NCBI GenBank assembly: GCA_041941795.1
Contig: CP145872.1
Location: 60,001 to 92,000, forward strand
DNA length: 32,000 bases
Reading direction: 5' to 3'
Source: Candidatus Saccharimonadota bacterium
GTDB lineage: Bacteria; Pseudomonadota; Gammaproteobacteria; Enterobacterales; Enterobacteriaceae
The notes beneath the pieces were generated by a model that was not told the DNA's origin, made no database searches, and saw only the letters and a list, made by a program, of their open reading frames with translations. Position numbers and translations under genes: made by a program. Shown piece after piece: positions 1-9,311 of this stretch; the stretch's first letter is position 1, and each line of letters starts with the position of its first letter.

Positions 1-1271
1 TGATATGAAATTCTCTCTTCGGTAATTAGAGCCTGCTTAAGGATAAGATCTATAATCTGTTCTTCTAATGATAAGTGAGAAATAATATTCATTATTTCCG
101 TATTTTTACGAGAATCTTTTATAAAAGAAGGATCCCTCTCAGAGTAAATAGTTAAACTTTCCATTAATGATGTAATCTGATGATTCTGAGCTTCCAGATT
201 ATTAATACGAATAACTTCATTCAATAATAATTCTCTAGCCACCCGTTGTTTGGCGTGATCTTCTAAAAAACAGCGCGGCATGAATTTCTTTTTTTTATTG
301 ACTGTTAAAATCTTCGTCAAGTAATATTGACAGCATTGACTTTCTCTTTCTACCAGGGCAATAGGGACATCAATTTGATTTATTTTCAATAAATTATTTA
401 ATAATTGGATCTTAATATAATGTCTAACTATATCTTGAAGTCCTATGTCAATATTTTTTCTCACTTCAGCTCGCAGATCGGACATCTTTCCTCCTGCTAT
501 CCCAAAACGTTTAATTAATCCTTCACTGAGTTCTGTGAGTTCACCTTTTTCGATATGTTTGATTAAAATCCATAATTTTAGGAATCCTTTACGTCCTTGA
601 CTATATGAGGGATGAAGTTCTATTTCTACGAAAAATTTTTCCCCCTGCCTATGACCAATAATACTTTTTTCTAAATCTAAACGGATCCGTCTCTGTCCTA
701 GAATTAAAACCACATCCGTTACTTCTTCCCCCTCCATGATTTCATTTTCAATCTCTACTATACATTTCATATCAATGGTCACCCGATCCCAAAGCTGGGC
801 AATTTGTGCACTGAGATTCCATTTTGCTTGTTGGGTACGAATCTTGAACAGCATATTATCTACGTCTTGTTCAGTAACTTCTACTCGTGGTTTTATAATC
901 CTAAAGGTGTCCAATGTGGGAATATTAATTTCTGGAATAACTTCAAATTCTACCGCATAGGTAAAATCATGACCTATTTTATATTCTTCATAAACAAAAT
1001 TCAAATTTCCTACCCACATAATGTTGTGCGTGTTCACCTCTTTCAGAAAATTTTGCTGCATCATAGTACTCAACACTTCGTGAAGCACAGAAGTTCGATA
1101 ACGCTGAGATACAATTTTCAGAGGTACTTTTCCTTTTCGAAAACCGTCTATCAAAAATGTTTTTGCAACATTCATAAGCTTTTTTTTAACCATACTTTCA
1201 ATGCGCTCGGCAGAAATAGTAATTTTTATTCTCCGGCCCAGGAGATTAATATTATCCACTGATAATGTCAT
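1..1271 (-). CDS. tig: Trigger factor (partial; C-terminus runs off the window's left edge)
   Basis: ATG at 1271-1269 on the minus strand. Translation MTLSVDNINLLGRRIKITISAERIESMVKKK matches E. coli Tig N-terminus [25 protein letters not shown]. The frame had no stop where I translated it by hand (first ~30 codons and positions 1-44). It is absent from the ORF track, presumably because no stop lies in the window. Confidence 0.9.
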   Translation of the reverse strand, partial: MTLSVDNINLLGRRIKITISAERIESMVKKKLMNVAKTFLIDGFRKGKVPLKIVSQRYRTSVLHEVLSTMMQQNFLKEVNTHNIMWVGNLNFVYEEYKIGHDFTYAVEFEVIPEINIPTLDTFRIIKPRVEVTEQDVDNMLFKIRTQQAKWNLSAQIAQLWDRVTIDMKCIVEIENEIMEGEEVTDVVLILGQRRIRLDLEKSIIGHRQGEKFFVEIELHPSYSQGRKGFLKLWILIKHIEKGELTELSEGLIKRFGIAGGKMSDLRAEVRKNIDIGLQDIVRHYIKIQLLNNLLKINQIDVPIALVERESQCCQYYLTKILTVNKKKKFMPRCFLEDHAKQRVARELLLNEVIRINNLEAQNHQITSLMESLTIYSERDPSFIKDSRKNTEIMNIISHLSLEEQIIDLILKQALITEERISY

Positions 1272-1550
1272 TATTTTATTACCTCAAAAAATGTGGGATG
1301 CAAGTTTCGATGAGGAGTCTCAATCTTCCTACTCTTCATTAGTACTTACCTGACGAAAATAACAAGTCTTCTTCTTAATTTCTTAATAGAAGGATGATAG
1401 AAAATACATATCATTTATTCTTTTACCGCTTTCCCCTCTTACGGACCTCAATGAGACTATCTTTAACATTTACAGTTGTCACACCTTCTCGTAAAATAAC
1501 TCTAAAATTTCACGTCCATGATGTAATAATCATTATACTTGAGGTATGAA

Positions 1551-2468
1551 ATGGCACAAAGAAAAAAAGTAGGGTTAGTTATTTCAATTATTACGATAAT
1601 TTTATTGTTAAGCGGGTGTCAGATAGATTTATTAGATCCTAAAGGAGAAATAGGAATTGAACAACGACGGTTGATATTAACTGCTCTGGGAGTAATGTTA
1701 CTTGTTGTTATCCCGGCTATCATAATGGTCCTTGCTTTTTCCATTAAGTATCGCCAAAGTAACACTACTGCCCGATACAGTCCTTCTTGGGGTCATTCTT
1801 ATAAAATAGAGGCGGTAGTTTGGGCACTTCCGATTATAATTATTATATTTCTAGGAATTAAAACCTGGCAAACCACTCACTTATTAGATCCTAATAAACC
1901 TATCCATTATAATAATATTAATCCTTTAACAATTGAAGTAGTATCAATGGATTGGAAATGGTTATTTATTTATCCCGCCCAGGGAGTAGCTGCTGTTAAT
2001 AAGGTGTATTTTCCTATTCATACTCCGATAGTATTTAAAATTACTTCCTTTTCGGTTATGAATTCCTTTTTTATTCCTCGTTTAGGTAGTCAGGTGTATG
2101 CTATGGCCGGTATGCAAACGAAATTACATTTGATAGCAAATAAACCGGGCATTTATAAAGGAATTTCATCAGCTTATAGTGGGAGGGGATTCTCTGGAAT
2201 GAAATTTACCGCCATTGCTACCGCTGATGTCACATCTTTTAATAATTGGATCTCTCAAGCTAGACGCGCTCAGGCCACATTAAATAACATGGAAGCTTTA
2301 GAAAAGCTTGCTATTCCGAGTGAAAATAATAACGTAGTATTTTTTTCTAGAGTAAAGCGTCATTTATTTGACGATATTATCAATAAATTTCGCAAAGGGT
2401 CAAGAACTATCAGTGCTATCCCACAAATCGGTATGCATCGGCATCTACCAATAAAATTTAAGGACTGA
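1551..2468 (+). CDS. cyoA: Cytochrome bo3 ubiquinol oxidase subunit II
   Basis: Collinear with E. coli CyoA (LLSGC lipobox, LLDPKGxIGxEQR, [13 protein letters not shown], [21 protein letters not shown]). The track start at 1539 is TTG. I prefer ATG 1551 because GAGG sits at 1541-1544. Confidence 0.93.
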   Translation: MAQRKKVGLVISIITIILLLSGCQIDLLDPKGEIGIEQRRLILTALGVMLLVVIPAIIMVLAFSIKYRQSNTTARYSPSWGHSYKIEAVVWALPIIIIIFLGIKTWQTTHLLDPNKPIHYNNINPLTIEVVSMDWKWLFIYPAQGVAAVNKVYFPIHTPIVFKITSFSVMNSFFIPRLGSQVYAMAGMQTKLHLIANKPGIYKGISSAYSGRGFSGMKFTAIATADVTSFNNWISQARRAQATLNNMEALEKLAIPSENNNVVFFSRVKRHLFDDIINKFRKGSRTISAIPQIGMHRHLPIKFKD

Positions 2469-2472
2469 ACTT

Positions 2473-4449
2473 ATGTTTGGAAAGTTAACACTAAACGCTA
2501 TTCCATATAACGAACCTATTATCATGGCTACTCTTTCTACCCTTATAGTTATTAGCATCTTAACGCTAGCAATAATAACGTATTTTGGTAAATGGAAATA
2601 TTTATGGCACGAGTGGCTAACATCAGTAGATCATAAACGGTTAGGAATAATGTACATTATTTTAGGGTTGATTATGATGATTCGAGGATTTGCCGATGCT
2701 ATTATGATGCGTAGTCAGCAAGTTCTGGCCTCGTCGGGTCACCCCGGTTTTTTACCTCCTGAACACTATGATCAGATTTTTACTGCCCATGGTGTTATTA
2801 TGATATTTTTTGTAGCAACTCCGTTAATTATTGGTTTAATGAATTTTATAGTACCATTGCAAATCGGGGCACGTGATGTGGCCTTCCCATTCCTTAATAA
2901 TTTGAGTTTTTGGCTTACAGTCGCAGGTGCAATGCTAGTAAATATTTCATTAGGAGTTGGTGAATTTGCTAAGGTTGGATGGGTAGCTTATCCCCCACTT
3001 TCGGGAATAGAATATAGTCCGGGTGTAGGAGTGGACTACTGGATATGGAGTTTGCAAATTTCTGGCATTGGAACGTTGCTGACGGGAATTAACTTCTTTG
3101 TGACCATTATTAAAATGCGCGCTCCGGGAATGACTTTATTCAAAATGCCCGTCTTCACTTGGACATCATTATGTTCTAACGTACTAATTATTATAGCTTT
3201 TCCCATCTTAACCGTAACTATTACATTGCTTGCTCTAGATCGTTATTTAGGAACTCATTTTTTTACCAATGAGATGGGTGGAAACATGATGATGTATATC
3301 AATCTTATATGGGCATGGGGTCATCCCGAAGTATATATTCTCATCCTACCCGTATTTGGCATCTACTCAGAAGTGGTAGCCACTTTCTCTAAAAAAAGAC
3401 TTTTCGGCTATACTTCTCTTGTTTGGGCAACGATTGTTATAACAATTCTTTCTTTTATTGTCTGGTTACACCATTTCTTTACTATGGGAGCGGGTGCTAA
3501 TGTGAATGCTTTCTTTGGTATTAGTACCATGATCATTGCTATCCCTACTGGGGTAAAAATTTTTAACTGGCTATTCACTATGTATCAAGGACGTATTCAT
3601 TTTACTTCTCCCATGTTATGGACCATAGGTTTTATAATAACCTTTTCTATTGGGGGAATGGCAGGAGTGTTATTAGCAGTACCTGGGGCTGATTTTGTCC
3701 TGCACAATAGTTTATTCTTAATTGCACACTTTCATACTGTTATTATCGGAGGGGTAGTGTTCGGATGCTTTGCGGGGTTAACCTACTGGTTTCCTAAAGC
3801 TTTTGGATTTACCTTAAATGAATACTGGGGAAAAATGTCATTCTGGTGCTGGTTCATAGGTTTTTTATTGGCTTTTATCCCACTTTACGCCCTAGGATTA
3901 ATGGGGATGACACGTCGTCTCAGTCAAAATATTGATCCCCAATTTCACTTATTATTAGTTATCGCAGCATTCGGTACCGTAATCATTGCTATTGGAGTTA
4001 TCTGTTTATTCATTCAAATTTATATTTCGATTATTTATCGTCATAAGAATGCGGATCTTACAGGTGATCCTTGGGATGGACGAACTTTAGAATGGTCTAC
4101 CTCTTCCCCACCTCCTTTTTATAACTTTGCTATTATACCAGAAGTGAAAGAACGTGATCCATTTTGGGAGATGAAATTAAAAAACGAAACAGGAAAAAAA
4201 CAACAATATCTTGATTATAACCCCATTCATATGCCAAAAAATACTAGTATAGGTCTCTGGATCGCCGTTTTCAGCATGATATTTGGTTTTGCCATGGTTT
4301 GGTATATTTGGTGGTTAGCCGCCATTACTTTATTAGGCATAATTGTCTCTTGGATTGCTAAAAGTTTTGAGGAAGATCCATATTATTATGTTTCCGCCCG
4401 GGAAATAGCCAAAATTGAGAAGCCTCGTTTTGAACAGATAATAAAGTAG
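2473..4449 (+). CDS. cyoB: Cytochrome bo3 ubiquinol oxidase subunit I
   Basis: 658 aa versus 663 aa in E. coli. Heme/Cu ligand motifs are intact: [33 protein letters not shown]. Confidence 0.97.
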   Translation: MFGKLTLNAIPYNEPIIMATLSTLIVISILTLAIITYFGKWKYLWHEWLTSVDHKRLGIMYIILGLIMMIRGFADAIMMRSQQVLASSGHPGFLPPEHYDQIFTAHGVIMIFFVATPLIIGLMNFIVPLQIGARDVAFPFLNNLSFWLTVAGAMLVNISLGVGEFAKVGWVAYPPLSGIEYSPGVGVDYWIWSLQISGIGTLLTGINFFVTIIKMRAPGMTLFKMPVFTWTSLCSNVLIIIAFPILTVTITLLALDRYLGTHFFTNEMGGNMMMYINLIWAWGHPEVYILILPVFGIYSEVVATFSKKRLFGYTSLVWATIVITILSFIVWLHHFFTMGAGANVNAFFGISTMIIAIPTGVKIFNWLFTMYQGRIHFTSPMLWTIGFIITFSIGGMAGVLLAVPGADFVLHNSLFLIAHFHTVIIGGVVFGCFAGLTYWFPKAFGFTLNEYWGKMSFWCWFIGFLLAFIPLYALGLMGMTRRLSQNIDPQFHLLLVIAAFGTVIIAIGVICLFIQIYISIIYRHKNADLTGDPWDGRTLEWSTSSPPPFYNFAIIPEVKERDPFWEMKLKNETGKKQQYLDYNPIHMPKNTSIGLWIAVFSMIFGFAMVWYIWWLAAITLLGIIVSWIAKSFEEDPYYYVSAREIAKIEKPRFEQIIK

Positions 4450-4456
4450 GTATAAA

Positions 4457-5086
4457 ATGTCAAAAAATAATACCAGTTACCTCTCTAATAATTACGTGAA
4501 TGGATTAGAGTCTTCTAATGATATTCATGCCAATAAAGTATTTGGTTTTTGGATATATTTAATGAGCGATTGTATCCTATTTGCTGCTCTCTTTGCTACC
4601 TATGCCGTAATGGTTAATAGTACCGCTGATGGTCCTCAGGGGAAAGATATTTTTCATTTACCGTTCGTATTCGCAGAAACTACGGTGTTGCTATTTAGTA
4701 CCCTTACTGAGGGGATGGCCATGGTAGCCATTAATCAAAAAAACAGCGGGATAAATAAAGTTATTTACTGGTTATTATTAACATTTCTATTAGGTGTAGT
4801 TTTCATCTCCATGGAATTTTATGAGTTTCATCATTTAATTAATCATTACTGGGGTCCGAGTCGAAGCGGATTTTTGTCTAGTTTTTTCACCTTAGTAGGG
4901 ACACATGGAATACATGTTATTGCCGGTTTGATATGGATTATGATCTTAATCTATCAGGTTTCAAAGGAGAAAATTCGTCCTCAAATCGTAACAAGATTAA
5001 GTTGTTTTAGCTTATTTTGGCATTTCTTAGATGTGATATGGATATGCTTATTTACCGTGGTATATTTGATAGGGGTGATGAAATGA
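4457..5086 (+). CDS. cyoC: Cytochrome bo3 ubiquinol oxidase subunit III
   Basis: 209 aa, collinear with E. coli CyoC (about 204 aa), in the operon position after cyoB. Confidence 0.95.
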   Translation: MSKNNTSYLSNNYVNGLESSNDIHANKVFGFWIYLMSDCILFAALFATYAVMVNSTADGPQGKDIFHLPFVFAETTVLLFSTLTEGMAMVAINQKNSGINKVIYWLLLTFLLGVVFISMEFYEFHHLINHYWGPSRSGFLSSFFTLVGTHGIHVIAGLIWIMILIYQVSKEKIRPQIVTRLSCFSLFWHFLDVIWICLFTVVYLIGVMK

Positions 5087-5412
5087 AAAAGATTTTATAT
5101 ACAGGAGAGAGCTATGCTAAAAAATATTTAATTGGATTTATGATGTCAATCATTTTGACACTAGTTCCCTTTACGCTTGTGGGTATAACTATAAACAGTC
5201 ATGAGCCACTAGTATTAGTCATAATAATTATTTTTGCAGTATTACAAATTATTATCCATTTGATATGTTTTTTACATATAAGTGGATCTAAAAAAGATCG
5301 TTGGAACTTATTAGCTTTAATATTTAGTATTATTATCATCGCAATACTAGTCCTAGGGTCATTATGGATCATGTGGAATTTGAACTATATGATGAAGAGT
5401 AGTAGATTTTAA
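5083..5412 (+). CDS. cyoD: Cytochrome bo3 ubiquinol oxidase subunit IV
   Basis: Start ATG 5083 overlaps the cyoC stop (ATGA) and gives 109 aa, the same length as E. coli CyoD. C-terminal motif [12 protein letters not shown] matches [12 protein letters not shown]. The longer track ORF from 5017 lies inside cyoC. Confidence 0.9.
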   Translation: MKKILYTGESYAKKYLIGFMMSIILTLVPFTLVGITINSHEPLVLVIIIIFAVLQIIIHLICFLHISGSKKDRWNLLALIFSIIIIAILVLGSLWIMWNLNYMMKSSRF

Positions 5413-5936
5413 TGATTATAGTTCCAGGAGACCTTACAATGACTAAGCCGACGTTAAGTCAATTTAGTAGGAGGATTTGATTATCTTCTCAAGGAGAGTA
5501 AAAATTTTATATTTTATATAGTGATTTGCTATGATGCGTAAATTATAATCTGATCCTTGATGGGTCGTCTCATGTTATTTATTGTTCGGTGAATATTAAT
5601 TCTCAATCTTTTGAGCTGGGGGTTTCCCTTCAATATTTATATGACATGTTTCCATAGTGAGAGATGGTGTCTTTATAATTTACGTTAATGTTTCCATTTC
5701 GTGGGGTGGATACATTATTGATATCACTTTCCATAAAAGGTTATTTGTTTTTATTTATAAACCCTCTCAGAATTTTTGATGACACGCTTTATATCTATTA
5801 TTTTTACCTCCCTCCCACATGTCATGGTTTCAGTTACCATTATTCTTCCTTTCGAAGAAGCGATTTTTTTTACCGACGGAAGAAGGATAGAAGCAAGAAG
5901 GTATCGCGCGTCGGAGTGGAATGTTCGTCTGGATAG
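5412..5936 (+). pseudogene. cyoE: Degraded heme O synthase (protoheme IX farnesyltransferase) relic
   Basis: A TAATG junction links it to cyoD. Frame 0 gives [22 protein letters not shown], compare E. coli CyoE YLQVTKPGIIFGN. The +1 frame from 5467 gives VGGFDYLLKESKNFIFYIVICYDA*, compare [23 protein letters not shown]. The 82-aa ORF 5688-5936 contains CHGFSYHYSSFRRSDF, compare MPHSYAIAIFRFKDY. There are several frame breaks, and about 525 nt remain versus about 890 nt intact. Confidence 0.6.
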
Positions 5937-5963
5937 CTAAACAACCACCGACCGAACTTCTGC

Positions 5964-5981
5964 ATAACCGATATCGGTTAT
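5964..5981. repeat. 18-bp perfect palindrome ATAACCGATATCGGTTAT
   Basis: Read directly from the sequence. It lies in the noncoding gap between the cyoE relic and the cspE promoter. Confidence 0.9.
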
Positions 5982-6093
5982 ATTATACTTAAGCTCACCC
6001 TAAAAATCTCAGAAAAATATCCATCACTGATGAATTCAATAAAATAATATAATGTAACGATTAAAAAAATTTAACATTAAATATTTTTCATCA

Positions 6094-6102
6094 TGATATA
6101 AT
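6094..6102 (+). promoter_or_regulatory. Putative extended -10 promoter for cspE (TGaTATAAT)
   Basis: Consensus TATAAT at 6097-6102 with TG at 6094-6095. This implies a 5' UTR of about 75 nt before the cspE ATG. There is no good -35 element, and chance matches are common in AT-rich DNA. Confidence 0.4.
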
Positions 6103-6183
6103 AGATAAAAAAGCTATGCAGTTACTAAGTATAGTAATTGACAGAGTTTGTAAGTCCCTATATGAAATTTAAAGGTAATATTG

Positions 6184-6393
6184 ATGTCCAAGATTAAAGG
6201 CAATGTTAAATGGTTTAATGAATCTAAAGGATTTGGTTTTATTACTCCAGAAGATGGTAGTAAAGACGTATTTGTTCATTTTTCGGCAATCCAGAGCAAT
6301 GGTTTTAAAACTTTGACTGAAGGACAACGGGTAGAGTTTGAAATAACAACTGGCGCTAAAGGTCCGGCTGCTGCTAATGTGATTCTAGTATAA
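6184..6393 (+). CDS. cspE: Cold-shock-domain protein CspE
   Basis: 69 aa, nearly identical to E. coli CspE ([37 protein letters not shown]..). ATG at 6184; the track start at 6181 is TTG. Confidence 0.96.
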   Translation: MSKIKGNVKWFNESKGFGFITPEDGSKDVFVHFSAIQSNGFKTLTEGQRVEFEITTGAKGPAAANVILV

Positions 6394-6409
6394 GTTAACA
6401 GTCAGAATT

Positions 6410-6437
6410 AAAAACCCGTCTTAATGTCGGGTTTTTT
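6410..6437. terminator. Bidirectional intrinsic terminator between convergent cspE and lipA
   Basis: AAAAACCCG (6410-6418) pairs with CGGGTTTTT (6428-6436) around a 9-nt loop, flanked by an A-run and a T-run. It overlaps the lipA stop codon. Confidence 0.6.
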
Positions 6438-7302
6438 AATTATTAAAGAATTTTTCTGCTTGCTTGTCTGCATGATAAGAAGAACGTACCAAAGGAGAGC
6501 ACGCAGCATGAGTAAAACCCAGGGCTTGAGCGTTTGTTTTGAGCTCGGCAAACTCCTCTGGACTGACATAGCGTCTGACTGGTAAATGGTATCTACTTGG
6601 CTGCAGATATTGTCCTATGGTGATCATAGTCACTCCATGGGAGCGGAGATCATGCATAACATTAATAATATCTGCATATTTTTCTCCTAAACCCACCATG
6701 AGTCCCGATTTAGTTGGAATCTGAGGATGAGCTTCCTTAAAACGCTTAAGTAACTTTAACGAATAAGCATAGTTAGCTCCGGGACGGATTTGGTGATAGA
6801 GTTCCGGAACAGTTTCTAGATTATGGTTAAATATATCTGGCGGCATCTCATTGAAGATATTCATCGCCTTATCAAGACATCCCCTAAAATCTGGTACTAG
6901 TATTTCAATTCTAATTTTAGGATTCAGCTCTCTAATGGACACTATACAATCCACAAAATGTTGGGCCCCACCATCATGTAAATCATCACGATTAACAGAG
7001 GTAAGAACTATATAGCGTAAATGTAACTTATTAATCGTTTGTGCAATTCTTTGAGGTTCCTTTTTATCGGATGGTAATGGTCTCCCATGAGAAATATCAC
7101 AAAATGGACAACGTCTGGTACAAATATTACCGAGAATTAAAAAAGTTACTTTCCCCTGATTAAAACAATCAATAATATTAGGACAGGATGCTTCTTCACA
7201 AACGGAATGTAAACCATTTCTACGTATTAATGATTGAAGTTTGTTGAGATGTTGGGATTCATGAGGTAATTGGATCCTTAACCATTCGGGTTTTTTCAGC
7301 AT
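6436..7302 (-). CDS. lipA: Lipoyl synthase
   Basis: Collinear with E. coli LipA, including the radical-SAM motif CTRRCPFC and the CEEASCPN cluster motif. It starts at the equivalent of E. coli residue ~34 (LRKPEWMKIKLP), so it is N-terminally shorter (288 vs 321 aa). Confidence 0.95.
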   Translation of the reverse strand: MLKKPEWLRIQLPHESQHLNKLQSLIRRNGLHSVCEEASCPNIIDCFNQGKVTFLILGNICTRRCPFCDISHGRPLPSDKKEPQRIAQTINKLHLRYIVLTSVNRDDLHDGGAQHFVDCIVSIRELNPKIRIEILVPDFRGCLDKAMNIFNEMPPDIFNHNLETVPELYHQIRPGANYAYSLKLLKRFKEAHPQIPTKSGLMVGLGEKYADIINVMHDLRSHGVTMITIGQYLQPSRYHLPVRRYVSPEEFAELKTNAQALGFTHAACSPLVRSSYHADKQAEKFFNN

Positions 7303-7465
7303 TTTTCTTATACCATCGGATTAGCGATATTTTGGAATATTATCATCATGACGAAAGTATCCTGGTTAAATGTGTAGTGATGATGTAATTATTCTATTTC
7401 TTTTTTCCTGAAATAGGAAGGTTAGTTGAGCAGAATGTTTTTTTTAAATGGCTTAGAAACAATTT

Positions 7466-8092
7466 CTAAATATATATTGGAAAAATACTAATAAACTCAT
7501 CTACTAAAACCTGCTGAAATTCTCCTAAGGAGACCGTAGGATTAAATGCACTTAATTGTGTCATCTCTAAACCGGCCTCGCCACAAGGATTAATATGTTG
7601 AAAAGGTGTTAAATCCATGGAAATGTTAACTGCAAAACCATGCAGTGAACACCCCTTGTGGATACGTAAACCCAGGGAGCAAATTTTTTTATCAGTAATA
7701 TATACTCCCGGAGCATTTTTACGCACATGAGCATCAATATTAAATAATTTAAGGGTCTTAATAACAGATTTTTCTATTACAGTCACTAAATATCTCACCC
7801 TGAGGTTTCTTCTTTTTAAATCAATCATAACATACATGATCAGCTGACCTGGCCCATGATAAGTAATCTTTCCGCCTCGATCACTTTGCATGACTGGAAT
7901 ATCACTATGCATAAGTATGTTATTGTTATATTTTTCTGAATTTCCCTGCGTAAAGACCGGACAATGCTCCAATAACCAGAGTTCATCTAGGGTTAAAGAT
8001 ATTCTATTTTTAGTAAAATTATGCATTGCTATATATACTTGACTCCATGGTTGCAGACCAAGATAACGAATAATGAATTTACCGCCGCACAT
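7466..8092 (-). CDS. lipB: Octanoyltransferase
   Basis: Matches E. coli LipB (RxLGLQP, PVFTQG, SDRGGxxTYHGPGQ, KICSLGLR). I prefer ATG 8092 (208 aa, [15 protein letters not shown]). The track ORF extends to a TTG at 8149. Confidence 0.88.
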   Translation of the reverse strand: MCGGKFIIRYLGLQPWSQVYIAMHNFTKNRISLTLDELWLLEHCPVFTQGNSEKYNNNILMHSDIPVMQSDRGGKITYHGPGQLIMYVMIDLKRRNLRVRYLVTVIEKSVIKTLKLFNIDAHVRKNAPGVYITDKKICSLGLRIHKGCSLHGFAVNISMDLTPFQHINPCGEAGLEMTQLSAFNPTVSLGEFQQVLVDEFISIFPIYI

Positions 8093-8187
8093 GTAATTTG
8101 CTCCTATCCCATACTTTATATCATCATAAATATATCTGACTATAGTCAAAAATAAACCTACAGATATATAGTTTTTATACTGCCTAA

Positions 8188-9231
8188 CTAGTTAGTGCTT
8201 AATAACAAGGATATAGTTTCTAGTCTCGACCATAATAAGGTTTGATTCTCGTTATTTTTAATAGCTATTTCTAGCCTGGACAATAAAGTAATAGCCACTT
8301 TAATATGTGTATTATTTAGTCTTTTTAATGCGTCGGTCAAAAATGTCAATCGGATACTTTTTTTATTCCTGGGATGAGGATGATTATTCGGTAGTAAAGG
8401 GTAAGAAGAGGATTTTAGACTATGCTGTTGTAATGTTAGTAATGTTATTAAATCATAAGATAAAAAGTTACACAGAAAATTGATTTCACTACCCTGTTGG
8501 CGTAACTGATGTAAAATATGTAATGCGCGCAAACTTTGTCCCGATAGTACTGAATCTAACCACTGGGAAGGAGTAAAATACGATACATCACTTACAATAT
8601 TTGCTACTCGAGAAAGTGACAACCTACCATCGGGCCATAGCAAACGGAGCATGTTCAGTTTTTGAACTAATGATAATAAGTTACCTTCATAGTTACAACA
8701 AAGTAACTGTAGAGCATCTTCTTCAATCTTCAATCCCATCTTTGTGGCTCGATGATTTATCCACTTAAGGTAACGATCTTTGTGAGGGGTAAAACACGAG
8801 ACTAATACAGTGTTCTGGGTACTGAATGTGGTAAACCAGGTACTCTCTTCTTGTTTCTTGTTGAGATAAGAAAGAATTATAATTAGGATAATATTAGAAT
8901 TAGATTGCAATAATTTTGCGAGCATCAATAATCTCTCTTGCCAGAGAATACTCACTGCTTTTTCATAAGAGGGCGGAAATTTTAGACAAAAGGTTCGTTT
9001 TGTAGCAAATAAGCTATGTGTTTTAAAATTCAAAATAATATCTTGCCATCGCTGATGATTATTATCACTAGTAGCACAGTAATGCTCCTGAAATCCTTTT
9101 TTTTGAGCTGCCTCTAACACTATCTGTTCGCTTTCTTGTAATAAGAAGGAATCATTACCTACTAGGAAATAACAACTTCTTAATTCTTTAGCTAGCTGAA
9201 AGGAGAGGTACTCAGAAGTTAGTTTAATCAT
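8188..9231 (-). CDS. holA: DNA polymerase III delta subunit
   Basis: Collinear with E. coli HolA (YxLxGNDxxLLQES, CYCYEGNLL becomes CCNYEGNLL, LLWPDGxLxLxRV). ATG 9231 is preceded by GGAGGA (347 aa). The track start at 9282 is further upstream. Confidence 0.85.
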   Translation of the reverse strand: MIKLTSEYLSFQLAKELRSCYFLVGNDSFLLQESEQIVLEAAQKKGFQEHYCATSDNNHQRWQDIILNFKTHSLFATKRTFCLKFPPSYEKAVSILWQERLLMLAKLLQSNSNIILIIILSYLNKKQEESTWFTTFSTQNTVLVSCFTPHKDRYLKWINHRATKMGLKIEEDALQLLCCNYEGNLLSLVQKLNMLRLLWPDGRLSLSRVANIVSDVSYFTPSQWLDSVLSGQSLRALHILHQLRQQGSEINFLCNFLSYDLITLLTLQQHSLKSSSYPLLPNNHPHPRNKKSIRLTFLTDALKRLNNTHIKVAITLLSRLEIAIKNNENQTLLWSRLETISLLLSTN

Positions 9232-9311
9232 AATCCTCCACTTAGGCAATTCAGTATTTTTACCCTGATATCGATCGACCAAAATATTATATAATCAACA
9301 GATTATTTTCC

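Noticed and set aside
736-1262. Plus-strand ORFs 736-960 and 804-1262 (74 and 152 aa).
   Set aside because: They lie antisense inside tig. They are low-complexity, AT-driven frames with no SD and no homology.
1272-1550. Possible bolA remnant in the tig-cyoA divergent spacer (bolA, yajG and ampG lie here in E. coli).
   Set aside because: I translated the minus-strand frames by eye and found no convincing match to BolA. I treat it as promoter and spacer DNA.
5688-5936. The 82-aa ORF as a genuine protein-coding gene.
   Set aside because: It has no SD, and its sequence contains a patch resembling the middle of CyoE. It is better explained as an open fragment of the cyoE relic.
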